Assembly: GCA_965248145.1 (NCBI GenBank)
Contig: OZ252091.1
Coordinates: 3,425,291-3,489,290, forward strand
Direction of reading: 5' to 3'
DNA: 64,000 nucleotides
DNA from: Gammaproteobacteria bacterium
Lineage (GTDB): Bacteria > Pseudomonadota > Gammaproteobacteria > Eutrophobiales > Eutrophobiaceae
Position numbers and translations under genes: made by a program. This document shows, in pieces, positions 50,153-59,744 of this stretch (its first letter is position 1; each line of letters starts with the position of its first letter). The notes under the pieces were generated by a model. It was not told the DNA's origin, did not search any database, and saw nothing but the letters and a program-made list of their open reading frames with translations.

Positions 50153-50986
50153 ATGACCGATATTACAGAAACTTCCACCAGTCGATTTGTCCCAGTGGGG
50201 GGAGTGAACATTCATTACAATGACGTCGGTGAAGGTGAGCCGATACTTTGTCTCCACGGCGGCGGTCCCGGCGCAACGGCCTGGAGCAACTTCAAGCAGA
50301 ACATTCCGGCTATTACCGGCGCCGACCGGCGTATGCTTATGATGGACATGCCGGGCTACGGCAAATCTGAATTCCCCGACGGTTCAATGGAGGACTTTTT
50401 TGATTTCATGGGCAAAATCATTGACGGTTTCCTGGCCGCGATGGGTATAGAGGACCCCGTGGACATCATCGGCAATTCCCTGGGGGGCCAGGCCGCCCTG
50501 GGGCTGGAACTGCATGACCCGGAGAGGATCAGACACCTGGTACTTATCGGCAGCCAACCTACTTCAGCAGGTATCGTGATTCAGCCGCAGCCCCAGGAAG
50601 CACTGAGCAACATCATCAAGTACTATGGCGGCGAGGGACCGAGCCTGGACAAGATGCGACGCCTGGTGGAAAGCCTGTTGTACGACTCCTCCCGGGTCAC
50701 CGATGAAACCCTGCAGGAACGCTTCGAGGCAAGCCGGGACCCCGGACAGATGCGCTTGCTGGGCCTGCCGCATCGGGATCTCTACCCTGAACTGGCGCAA
50801 ATCGCCTGCCCCACTTTGCTGATCTGGGGACAGGAAGACAAAGGCGGAGCCCTGGAAGTGGGCTTGCAGTTGCTGAAGAAGCTGCAAAACGCACGTATGC
50901 ACATCTTCCAACGCTGCGGCCATTGGGCCCAGGTGGAACATCAGCAGGAGTTTGAACGAGTCGTACTGAACTTTTTCGGTTCTTGA
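50153..50986 (+). CDS. Meta-cleavage product (BphD/HsaD-like) alpha/beta hydrolase
   Basis: LHGGGPGA..WSNF, GNSLGG, CGHWAQ.E. Confidence 0.88.
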   Translation: MTDITETSTSRFVPVGGVNIHYNDVGEGEPILCLHGGGPGATAWSNFKQNIPAITGADRRMLMMDMPGYGKSEFPDGSMEDFFDFMGKIIDGFLAAMGIEDPVDIIGNSLGGQAALGLELHDPERIRHLVLIGSQPTSAGIVIQPQPQEALSNIIKYYGGEGPSLDKMRRLVESLLYDSSRVTDETLQERFEASRDPGQMRLLGLPHRDLYPELAQIACPTLLIWGQEDKGGALEVGLQLLKKLQNARMHIFQRCGHWAQVEHQQEFERVVLNFFGS

Positions 50987-50992
50987 TCGTAG

Positions 50993-51078
50993 GACATATG
51001 GGGTCAGAGTAAAAATACTCAATAACGAACCAGCACCACCTGTCAACCCGACTGTATTTTTACTCTGACCCCAAATAT
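50993..51078. repeat. REP/REPIN-like element copy 6
   Basis: GGGGTCAGAGTAAAAATAC ... GTATTTTTACTCTGACCCC just after the hydrolase stop. Confidence 0.9.
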
Positions 51079-51227
51079 TCACGGCGCCACCGAGTACATT
51101 CGGCAAAGTGTACCTGCCGACACCTGAGTGTAGCCAGTTTGAAAGTCTTATCTGTTTCTAAACCCCGGCATGATTGTGATAGCATATTTGAAGTCAGCAT
51201 AAAAACACAAAGGAATAAGACCAATAC

Positions 51228-52070
51228 ATGAAATATATTGAACCCGCCAGCTTATCTGAAGCGCTCGAGATTCTCTCGGGAGACGATGAGGCTCGTTGTC
51301 TTGCCGGTGGCGCTACCCTGGTGGCAATGATGAATGCGGATCTGATCGAACCCTCGACGTTGATTGGATTGCGCCGTATCGATGAGCTTGCCGGGATTAC
51401 TTTAACGGACGATCACATACGCATCGGCGCCATGACGACCCACGCGCAAATCGCCGGAGATGACCGGCTGGCCGGAAACGCGGCGGTCGTCAGGGATGCG
51501 GCCCGGCAGATTGCCCACCCGGCTATTCGTAACATGGGTACTATCGGTGGAGCCGTTTGCCACGCCGATCCTAATGCCGACTTTCCCGGTGCCCTGGTCG
51601 CGGCGAATGCCGTGCTGGAAGCGGCCGGTTCTTCGGGAATAAGACAGATCCCGGCTGATGAGTTTTTCCTGGATTACCTGGAAACTTCCCTGGAAGAAGA
51701 CGAGATTCTCAGCGCGGTGATAGTGCCCGTGGCGCCTGCCGACAGTATGGGCAGGCACCTCAAATTCAGCCGGACCCACGGTGATTACGCCACTGTCTCC
51801 ATCTCTCTGGTGTTAGTCATGAATGGTGACGCCTGTACTTACGCCAGGGTAGCCGTCGGTTCGGTGGGACCGACACCCATCCGCCTGGGTGAAGCCGATG
51901 CAATATTGACCGGCTCGACCCTGACTGATGAGATTATCAGACAAGCAGGTGACAGTCTGATGGAGGCCGCCGACCCCGTCGATGACGTGCGCGGCAGCGC
52001 AGGGTACCGGCGCATGATTATCCCGGGACTGTTGCAGCGAACCGTTGACGAGTTGCGGGCACTCTCATGA
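51228..52070 (+). CDS. Mo-hydroxylase FAD subunit (CoxM-like)
   Basis: LAGGATL, IRN.GTIGG...HADP. Confidence 0.9.
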   Translation: MKYIEPASLSEALEILSGDDEARCLAGGATLVAMMNADLIEPSTLIGLRRIDELAGITLTDDHIRIGAMTTHAQIAGDDRLAGNAAVVRDAARQIAHPAIRNMGTIGGAVCHADPNADFPGALVAANAVLEAAGSSGIRQIPADEFFLDYLETSLEEDEILSAVIVPVAPADSMGRHLKFSRTHGDYATVSISLVLVMNGDACTYARVAVGSVGPTPIRLGEADAILTGSTLTDEIIRQAGDSLMEAADPVDDVRGSAGYRRMIIPGLLQRTVDELRALS

Positions 52071-52237
52071 TGGTCGTGGTGAGAAATGTGGACTAACAGC
52101 CGGCGGCAGTTTTTAAAACAGGCCGGCGGCGGAGCTGAGGACTGATCCAAGCTTGGTCGTTTACACCCGACCGGGTGCGGGAAGTATTGAACAGCTGATA
52201 TTGACAACATGATCCACTATTAAACTACGGAGTATTT

Positions 52238-52726
52238 ATGACTGATAAACAAGCCGTCACGCTGTCGATAAATGGCGACCCGTATGACGTGCTGGCAGAC
52301 CCGCGGCATACCTTGCTTCAGGTGCTGCGCGAACAACTGTTCCTGACCGGTACCAAATGCGGTTGCAATAACGGGGTGTGCGGCAGTTGTACGATATTGA
52401 TAGACGACCTGCCCATGCGCGCCTGCCTGACGCTGGCAGTGGCGGCTACGGACCGGGAGATCACGACCATAGAAGGGCTGGAGACGGATGGCGAACTGCA
52501 TCCCGTACAACGAGCCTTCATCGAACACCAGGGTATGCAATGCGGATTTTGTACCCCCGGCATGATCATCGCCGCAAAAGCATTACTCGATAGAAACCCG
52601 GACCCGACGCTGGATGAAATCCGCGACGAGTTAAGCGGCAACCTGTGCCGCTGTACCGGTTATGTAAAGATTGCCGATGCGGTCCTGGCGCTGGTGGAAG
52701 GGAGACAAAGCCCCTCCGCCTCATGA
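52238..52726 (+). CDS. Mo-hydroxylase 2Fe-2S subunit (CoxS-like)
   Basis: GCNNGVCGSCT, QCGFCTPG, NLCRCTGY. Confidence 0.92.
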   Translation: MTDKQAVTLSINGDPYDVLADPRHTLLQVLREQLFLTGTKCGCNNGVCGSCTILIDDLPMRACLTLAVAATDREITTIEGLETDGELHPVQRAFIEHQGMQCGFCTPGMIIAAKALLDRNPDPTLDEIRDELSGNLCRCTGYVKIADAVLALVEGRQSPSAS

Positions 52727-52842
52727 AGGTGAAGGTATATTGTTTATCAACGTGGATAGACAGGATTTATGGGATTACGGCGCCTTCCATCCCGTGAAGG
52801 TGAAGAGTTGATTGTATTGGCGTTAATAAAAGAGGAACAGGC

Positions 52843-55197
52843 ATGAGCATGCACATAGCAGAGAACGAGCAAGTTGATCACATTATCGGGGCCTCCGTCC
52901 CGCGCATTGAAGGGCCGGAAAAAGCGACGGGACGGGCCATATACTCCGACGACATCACCCGTCCGGGCATGTTGCACGCCGCGTTACTCGGCAGTCATTA
53001 CGCCCATGCCAGGATCCTGTCCGTTGACACTTCCCAGGCCAAAGCGTTGCCCGGTGTCAAGGCCGTTTTGGTAGGTACGGACCTGCCCCATAACTACATC
53101 GGCATGTTTGTCAAAGACCAGCTTGCACTGGCGCGGGATAAAGTCCGCTACTGTGGCGATCCTGTTGCGGCCGTCGCGGCAACAGACCTGAAGACGGCGC
53201 GGCAGGCCCTGCGGCTTATCGAGATCGAATACGAAGAACTCGAACCCGTGCTGGATATAGAAGAGGCATTGAAACCCGGCGCGCCGGTTATCCATGAAAA
53301 ACGCGCCGAGTATCCCACCATGTATGAATTGCCCGAGGAACCGAACGGCATCTGCTTCACCGAATTTATGGAAGGCGACCCCAACACGGCCTGGGACGAA
53401 TGTGACGTTATCGTAGAAGACGAATACCTGGTGCCCGCCCAGTACCATGCGTACATGGAGCCCAGTTCGACGGTGGCTGAAGTGGACGGCAACGGCAAGG
53501 TCACGCTGTGGTCATCAACCCAGGGCGTTGCCCGCGTGCAGATGTACACTGCCCTGGCGCTGGGATTGCCCATGTCAAAGGTGCGGGTCATCGCCCCGCG
53601 CATAGGTGGCGGTTTCGGCGGCAAATGTGAATTTACCAACCAGCCGATTACCGCGCTGCTGGCACAGGCAACGGGCCGGCCGGTCAAGCTGACCTTTTCC
53701 CGGGAAGACGACATGACCATGATGAAGCGCCGTCATGGTGGCAAAATTTACATGAAGACCGGCGCCAAAAAAGACGGCTCCCTGGTGGCCCGTGACTGCC
53801 GGATTATTCTTGACGGCGGCGCTTATGCCGATGAAAGCCCGGAAGTCTCACCGGTGGCGGCTTTTTTCAGCCAGGGTCCTTACCGGATCCCGCACATGCG
53901 GGTGGAAGCCTGGTCGGTATATACCAACCTTTCCCGCGCCAGCGCCTTTCGTGGATTCGGCAACCCTCAGGCCACTTTTGCCAGCGAATCACAGCTTGAT
54001 GACCTGGCGGACAAACTGGCTATGGACCCACTCGAACTGCGCCTCAACAACGCGCTCGAACAGGACGACAAGTTTTTCTGCGGCAAAACCATTGAGAAGG
54101 CCACCATGCGGGCCTGCCTGGAAAAAGTGCGGGACGCCTCAGGCTGGGCTGGTAAGCGGCTAAGCGACAAACCAGCCAAACCCGGTAAGAAACGCGGCAT
54201 CGGCATGGCCGGTATGAGCCATATCTGCGGTTTGGCCGGAGCCGGGGCCAATGTGTTGCTGAACGAAGACGGCACTGTCACATTGAACTGCGGCGCCGTC
54301 GATATCGGCCAGGGTTCGGACACTATTTTCACCCAGATCGTGGCCGGCGCCCTGGCACTGAATATGGAGCAGGTCAATTTTGCCGCGCCGGATACGGATT
54401 CATCACCCTATCAGTTCCAGACGTCCGCGAGCCGCAATACCTACGTCATCGGCAACGCGGTGAAAAAAGCCAGTGAAGACGTCCGGGAGCAGGTTTACCG
54501 TCATGCCGGGGAAATTCTGGAGTGCGACACAGCGGACCTGGAACTCAGGCAGGGTGGAATAGTCGGGGTAAAAGGAGTGCCGGACGCGGCGTTGCCGTTT
54601 ATCGCGATCGCCGGCAGGGCGCTGTGGCAAAAGGGCGGGCCGATCATGGGTACCCATAACTGGCTTTACACACCCCAAGACCGCATGGATCCCAAGCGGA
54701 TGCTACTCAGGGGGTTTGCCCTGATGCCCGACGGTATCGGCATTTTTACCTTTGGGGCGCAGGTTGCCGAGGTGGAAGTGGATGAGGTGACGGGACAGGT
54801 GGAAGTGCTTGAGTACTGGGCCGCCCATGACGTGGGTCGCGCTATTAACACCGCTTCGGTGGAAGGCCAGATACAGGGCGGGATCGTGCAGATGCTGGGT
54901 TATGCCCTGACCGAAGAGATGTTATGGGACAACGGCCGCCTGGTCAACCCGACCATGATGGATTACAAGATACCCGGCATGGCGGACGCGCCTTATAAAA
55001 TTCATCCGTTACTGATTGAGACGCCGGAGGAATCAGCGCCTTTCGGCGCCAAGGGCGTCGCCGAGATTTGCGCGGTCGGGCCGGCGCCTGCCATCACCAA
55101 CGCAATCAAAAACGCAGTCGGCGCGCGGGTGAACCAGATACCAGCCACACCGGAACGGGTGCTGAGGGCTATGCAATCCGCAGATGACGCAGATTAA
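52843..55197 (+). CDS. Xanthine dehydrogenase-family molybdopterin subunit
   Basis: IGGGFGGK, AFRGFGNPQ, IGQG, KGVAE. Confidence 0.9.
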   Translation: MSMHIAENEQVDHIIGASVPRIEGPEKATGRAIYSDDITRPGMLHAALLGSHYAHARILSVDTSQAKALPGVKAVLVGTDLPHNYIGMFVKDQLALARDKVRYCGDPVAAVAATDLKTARQALRLIEIEYEELEPVLDIEEALKPGAPVIHEKRAEYPTMYELPEEPNGICFTEFMEGDPNTAWDECDVIVEDEYLVPAQYHAYMEPSSTVAEVDGNGKVTLWSSTQGVARVQMYTALALGLPMSKVRVIAPRIGGGFGGKCEFTNQPITALLAQATGRPVKLTFSREDDMTMMKRRHGGKIYMKTGAKKDGSLVARDCRIILDGGAYADESPEVSPVAAFFSQGPYRIPHMRVEAWSVYTNLSRASAFRGFGNPQATFASESQLDDLADKLAMDPLELRLNNALEQDDKFFCGKTIEKATMRACLEKVRDASGWAGKRLSDKPAKPGKKRGIGMAGMSHICGLAGAGANVLLNEDGTVTLNCGAVDIGQGSDTIFTQIVAGALALNMEQVNFAAPDTDSSPYQFQTSASRNTYVIGNAVKKASEDVREQVYRHAGEILECDTADLELRQGGIVGVKGVPDAALPFIAIAGRALWQKGGPIMGTHNWLYTPQDRMDPKRMLLRGFALMPDGIGIFTFGAQVAEVEVDEVTGQVEVLEYWAAHDVGRAINTASVEGQIQGGIVQMLGYALTEEMLWDNGRLVNPTMMDYKIPGMADAPYKIHPLLIETPEESAPFGAKGVAEICAVGPAPAITNAIKNAVGARVNQIPATPERVLRAMQSADDAD

Positions 55198-55476
55198 CGC
55201 AGATAATAAAACATAAAAAGCCACAGAGAACACAGAGTTTTAATATACAATCTTCAACAGGTCTGCATGGGCTTTTGCTGTGCGCCTTCCACTGGATTCC
55301 AACATTCCAGGGCCTGCCCTGGAAATGTTATTGATCCAGGGTCAGGCTTATACAATAAGGAAAGTTGTATACTGGATTCTGGCATTCGCCAGAATGACGA
55401 CCGGCAGGCCTGTTTTTCTCTGTGTACTCTGTGCTCTCTGTGGCATAACAAAATAAATCTGCGGTAATCTGCGGAT
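55176..55476. repeat. Nested composite of three palindromic repeat types
   Basis: ATCCGCAGAT/ATCTGCGGAT outer pair, GCCACAGAG/CTCTGTGGC middle pair, CTGGATTC...GAATGACG core. Confidence 0.7.
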
Positions 55477-55484
55477 AACAATTT

Positions 55485-55937
55485 ATGAAAGTTGAAAAGA
55501 CATTTACTGTGCAGGCGTCCCCGCAAACTGTATGGGATTTTGCAAAAGACCCGGAAAAGATGGCGCCGTGTATCCCCGGCTGCAAAGAGATCAGCGCGGT
55601 CGATGCAAGCCACTACAAAGCCCGCGTGGCCGTCAAGGTAGGCCCGATCTCGGCAAAATTCAACCTGGACCTGGAAATTATCGAAGAAACGCCTCCCGTG
55701 GAGATCATTTCCAAGACCCGTGGAGAGGAAGGCACCCGGGCCAGCATGTTGACAGCGGACAATGTCGTGCGGTTGACCGCCAATGACGACGGTTCCACCG
55801 AGGTCTATTGCAGTTCGGAATCATCCATCACCGGACGCCTCGGCAAATACGGGGCGGGCATGATGATGAAGAAAGCCGATGCAATCTGGGAAAAGCTGGC
55901 CGAAAACGTCCGCGATAAAATAGAGGGAATGGATTAA
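55485..55937 (+). CDS. CoxG/SRPBCC accessory protein
   Basis: VW....DP....CIPGC and VKVGPI.AKF; follows the Mo-hydroxylase genes. Confidence 0.85.
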   Translation: MKVEKTFTVQASPQTVWDFAKDPEKMAPCIPGCKEISAVDASHYKARVAVKVGPISAKFNLDLEIIEETPPVEIISKTRGEEGTRASMLTADNVVRLTANDDGSTEVYCSSESSITGRLGKYGAGMMMKKADAIWEKLAENVRDKIEGMD

Positions 55938-55993
55938 GGGAAATCTGACTTAATCAGAGGTTCCCTTATTCAAAACACCTGTTGAGGTACGGT

Positions 55994-57160
55994 ATGGCAA
56001 CCAATTCACTTTCACCGGAATTACGTCAGGAGTCGGACTCCACACAGCTACTGGTCGCCCTGATTATAACCGGCGTACTCGGGGTAGCTTCGTTCCTGGT
56101 GCTGCCTTCCATTGTTCTCGGGCTTGTCTCCGACCTGGGTTTCTCTGAACGCCAATTGGGGAGGATATCAACGTTCCAGTTGTTTGGGCTTGGCCTTGGT
56201 TCCGTGGCCAGCGTTATATTGCTGAAATACCTGGACTGGAGGAACCTGGCGCGTTTGGGACTGGCGCTGCTTTTAGCCAGTGATTTTGCCTGCACGTTTA
56301 CGGAGGATTTTGTCCTCCTGTCAGTATTGCGGTTCAGTTCGGGATTTGCCGGCGGCGTGTGCGTGTCCTTCGCTGCTTACGGCCTGGGGCAGACCCTTGA
56401 TATGGACAGGAATTTCGCCCGTTTCATCACCACACAAGTGGGCTTTGCCATCATCGCCGGATTTGCTTTCCCATCCGTACTCGACTTGGCCGGTCTGGAT
56501 GGAATTTTTATTATTCTTTGTATATTGGAACTGGCGGCCCTGGTTCTCGTCTCCCGCTTCATTCCTCCGATACGCTGGGAAAGCGCCGCGCCGGGTAAGG
56601 GTAATGATAAATTTCACTGGGGGATGTGTATCCTGGTATTGGTGGGGATCATCTTTTTTTTCACGGCCATAGGAGGCTTCTGGACCTATATTGCGCCAAT
56701 CGGCATAGATGCGGGGCTAACCAAGCAGCAAACCGGCAACGCGGTGAGTACGGGTCTTTTTGGCGGTCTGATTGGCGCTTATTGTGCCGCGGCGTTGAAC
56801 GTAAAAATCGGCCGGGTCGTGCCGCTGACGGTGTCACTGGGTATGCAGTTGGTTGCATTGTTAATTCTTTACCAGGAATTTAACTATCCTGTCTTTATTG
56901 TCGCGAGCCTGCTGTTTTGTTTTGGCTGGTATATGTATGTTCCCTATCAATTTGCCTTGCTGGCGGCGTTTGACAAAGACGGCAGGCCCATGCTGCTGCT
57001 TAATGCCGTTGCCGGTCTGGGGTCGGGATTAGGGCCGGCTATTGCCGCGAGCCTTCTCGTCAGTGGTTTCTCCCGGGTATATATTGTTTGTGCCGTGTTC
57101 CTGTCCTTGTCATTGATGGGAAACCTGGCGGCAATCGGCCTGGGGAAAGGGCATTTGTGA
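55994..57160 (+). CDS. MFS transporter
   Basis: About 12 hydrophobic segments; LRF..G..GG motif. Confidence 0.75.
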   Translation: MATNSLSPELRQESDSTQLLVALIITGVLGVASFLVLPSIVLGLVSDLGFSERQLGRISTFQLFGLGLGSVASVILLKYLDWRNLARLGLALLLASDFACTFTEDFVLLSVLRFSSGFAGGVCVSFAAYGLGQTLDMDRNFARFITTQVGFAIIAGFAFPSVLDLAGLDGIFIILCILELAALVLVSRFIPPIRWESAAPGKGNDKFHWGMCILVLVGIIFFFTAIGGFWTYIAPIGIDAGLTKQQTGNAVSTGLFGGLIGAYCAAALNVKIGRVVPLTVSLGMQLVALLILYQEFNYPVFIVASLLFCFGWYMYVPYQFALLAAFDKDGRPMLLLNAVAGLGSGLGPAIAASLLVSGFSRVYIVCAVFLSLSLMGNLAAIGLGKGHL

Positions 57161-57256
57161 ACAGGCATTCCCGGTTACAACCACCCCGTGGAGGGCTGGA
57201 CGCGGGATAGATTTCTGCATTGAAATAGCGTTTAGTTAAAACAGAGGCTGAAAATC

Positions 57257-58549
57257 ATGGCTGACACACCTGATCTATCAATCAAAGAGATGGAAGATAA
57301 TATAGACGGCTCAAACAAGCGCCTGGAGCCGTATCCCGATTACCTGAAGGCGGAACTGGGCCTGCGTAACCATTGGTATGCCGCTTTGTTCGGCCAGGAA
57401 CTGGAAGAAGGGAAATGTCAGGGTGAAATGGTGATGGGCGAACGCATCCTGTTTAAACGGGTTGACGGCAATGTGTACGCCATCGCCGACCGCTGCCCTC
57501 ACCGCGGCGCGGCGTTTTCCGCTCGGCCTGAATGTTACACAAAAAACACGGTGACCTGCTGGTTCCACGGCTTCACCATCGACGTGCGTGACGGAACGCT
57601 GGTGCAGGTCATTACCGACCCGGACAGTAAGCTGATCGGCAAACTCAAACACAAGACTTATCCGGTCAGGGAGATCAACGGGGTTATCTTTGTCTTTATA
57701 GGCGATATGGACCCTCCGCCCCCCATAGAGCAGGACCTGCAACCGAAATTTTTACGGCCCAAACTTGCTTTCCACCCGGTTGCCCGCAATAAATTCCGGG
57801 CGAACTGGCGCATTGCCGCGGAAAACGGTTTTGACGCCGCCCACTTGTACGCCCATCGTAACGCCGGTGTCTTCGATTTTACCGACGCCAGCATGCCTCT
57901 TTCCAGTTTTCCAAAGACACCGGATTCACTGGAGATCATCGATAACGACCAAGGCCCCTGGGGTATTGTCAAGCTGGACGACCACACAATATGGACAACG
58001 GAAATTGAAGGTACAACAGTCAACGCGGTGAACCTGGACCCGGACAATATTCCTTCAGCGGATATTCCCCAGGAAACAATCGTGGGCATGTTTCTCCCCT
58101 GCGGCCTGGAAGTAGATTGGTGGCCGGCCCCTGGGGTGCTGCACTTTGAATGGTTTACGCCCATTGATGAGGATCATCACAGCTATATGATCTGCCATGC
58201 CACCGAGGTAAACTCAGTGGAGGAAGAAGAGGCCTTCTACAAGACTTGCCGGGAAGAATACATCCCCGTCACCTGGAAGGCGGCAACGGATCAGGTAGCG
58301 CCCATGGGGGACAGTATTGAATGGGGCTTTAACAATTTCGATGCCTTCGGACGGGAACAGATCCACCACGTCTATCAATATGAAGACTTCTGGCACCAGG
58401 AAAAACTGATACGTCCCGACATTACCGTGTCGAAATGGCGCTTGCTCGCCAACAAGCGCATGCGCGGCATACAACGACGCCAGGGCTGGGCCGGGACACG
58501 GGGTTGGTCGCCGGACGGCAACAACTACGACCCGAAGAAAACCTGGTGA
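57257..58549 (+). CDS. Rieske oxygenase of the CarAa/OxoO (carbazole dioxygenase/2-oxoquinoline 8-monooxygenase) type
   Basis: LG.RNHWY.ALF, CPHRG...CWFHG, ENGFD.AH...H, GFNNFD. Confidence 0.8.
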   Translation: MADTPDLSIKEMEDNIDGSNKRLEPYPDYLKAELGLRNHWYAALFGQELEEGKCQGEMVMGERILFKRVDGNVYAIADRCPHRGAAFSARPECYTKNTVTCWFHGFTIDVRDGTLVQVITDPDSKLIGKLKHKTYPVREINGVIFVFIGDMDPPPPIEQDLQPKFLRPKLAFHPVARNKFRANWRIAAENGFDAAHLYAHRNAGVFDFTDASMPLSSFPKTPDSLEIIDNDQGPWGIVKLDDHTIWTTEIEGTTVNAVNLDPDNIPSADIPQETIVGMFLPCGLEVDWWPAPGVLHFEWFTPIDEDHHSYMICHATEVNSVEEEEAFYKTCREEYIPVTWKAATDQVAPMGDSIEWGFNNFDAFGREQIHHVYQYEDFWHQEKLIRPDITVSKWRLLANKRMRGIQRRQGWAGTRGWSPDGNNYDPKKTW

Positions 58550-58576
58550 ATCTATAACAATGAGAAGAGATTGGTT

Positions 58577-59206
58577 ATGACTGATAAAACCGAATTGTCG
58601 GTAAAAGACCTGTTCGGCCTGCAATACTGGCCGGCCTTGCCTGCTTTCCTGATTTCCACGGCAGATGCTGAAGGCAAGCCACACCTGGCGCCCTACAGCC
58701 TGGTGTTCTTTCCATCCTATACCAACGTTGCCGAAGACGATGACACGCCCAAGATCATTTCACTGGTCATCGGCGATTACGATACCTTTGCCGGCGCCAA
58801 AGAATCACGGACCTATCAAAACATCACGAATACACACCAGTTCGTCGTGAACGTGCCTTCCGCGAAAATAGTCAACCAGTTGAACACCACCGTGTTCCCG
58901 GCGCCGGATAAATTTGCGGCTTCAGGACTGACACCCGAGCCTTCGACAAAAATAACCGCGCCGGCCGTGGCCGAATGTCCGGTTAACTACGAATGTGAAC
59001 TACTCCGGGTAGAAGAACACCGCTGGTTGGGTGAAGTGATACACGGGAAAGTCGTCGCAGTACGGGTCGATACGGGCCTGCACAACATACCCGCCAAGGA
59101 ACGCATGACCTCCCTGGCGCCCGTTTTCCATTACGCTTACGACCACTACAACGGCACCTACTACGGCCTGGGAGACGTGTTGCTGGAAGAGATAGACGAC
59201 GAATAA
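58577..59206 (+). CDS. Flavin reductase-like (DIM6/NTAB) protein
   Basis: N/H.APYS, T..NI....FVVN, AP.V.ECPV.YEC. Confidence 0.8.
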   Translation: MTDKTELSVKDLFGLQYWPALPAFLISTADAEGKPHLAPYSLVFFPSYTNVAEDDDTPKIISLVIGDYDTFAGAKESRTYQNITNTHQFVVNVPSAKIVNQLNTTVFPAPDKFAASGLTPEPSTKITAPAVAECPVNYECELLRVEEHRWLGEVIHGKVVAVRVDTGLHNIPAKERMTSLAPVFHYAYDHYNGTYYGLGDVLLEEIDDE

Positions 59207-59293
59207 GATATTTGGGGTCAGAGTAAAAATACGGCTGCTTTGCCAGATAGCGCTGACTGATTGTCGGGTATTTTTACTCTGACCCCAAATATC
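59207..59293. repeat. REP/REPIN-like element copy 7 (core in opposite orientation)
   Basis: Perfect arms directly after the stop at 59206. Confidence 0.9.
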
Positions 59294-59398
59294 ATTGTAC
59301 TGCTTGAAGTCTTTGAGAAGAAAACTGGTAGAACTCCAAAACAAATAATTGATGTGTGCATAAAACGAATGAAGGCGTATGACGATGAAACCAGGTAA
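59291..59398 (+). pseudogene. C-terminal remnant of a RelE/HigB-type toxin
   Basis: Reads IIVLLEVFEKKTGRTPKQIIDVCIKRMKAYDDETR*, with no start codon; overlaps the antitoxin start. Confidence 0.75.
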
Positions 59399-59702
59399 AC
59401 AGAAAAAACTTGAAAAAGCGGGTTGGAGGATTGGTTCAGCTGATGAATTTCTGTCCCTTTCCCCTGCGGAATCAGCCTATATTGAAATGAAACTGGCATT
59501 ATGTGATTCAGTCAAATTGAGACGAATGAAAAAGCGCCTTAGCCAAAATGAATTTGCAAAGTTAATTTCGTCCAGTCAATCACGCGTAGCCAAGCTTGAA
59601 GCAGGCGATCCATCTGTATCCTTCGACCTGATAATGAAATCTCTATTAAGTCTTGGCGCTTCCAAAAAAGATGTGGCTAAACTGATTGCAGCCAGCGAAT
59701 AA
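59385..59702 (+). CDS. XRE-HTH antitoxin (HigA type)
   Basis: GW.IGSA.EFL and SQ..FAKLI.SSQSRVAKLE.GDPSVS. Confidence 0.85.
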   Translation: MKPGKQKKLEKAGWRIGSADEFLSLSPAESAYIEMKLALCDSVKLRRMKKRLSQNEFAKLISSSQSRVAKLEAGDPSVSFDLIMKSLLSLGASKKDVAKLIAASE

Positions 59703-59744
59703 TATGGCTCAACCAATATCGCACTACGCCAACCGGTACTCAGA

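Noticed and set aside
46294-55197. Aerobic CO dehydrogenase
   Set aside because: The active-site loops are PVRGAGQ and AFRGFGN, not the form I AYxCSFR
55935-55968. Palindrome TAAGGGAAATCTGA...TCAGAGGTTCCCTTA as an IS footprint
   Set aside because: It resembles fused IS ends but is a single imperfect copy with no transposase, so it cannot be distinguished from a terminator-like hairpin
21-59293. CRISPR array from the 25-bp repeat with ~35-nt spacers
   Set aside because: The repeats are inverted pairs dispersed across the window, the cores are homologous to each other, and no cas genes are present
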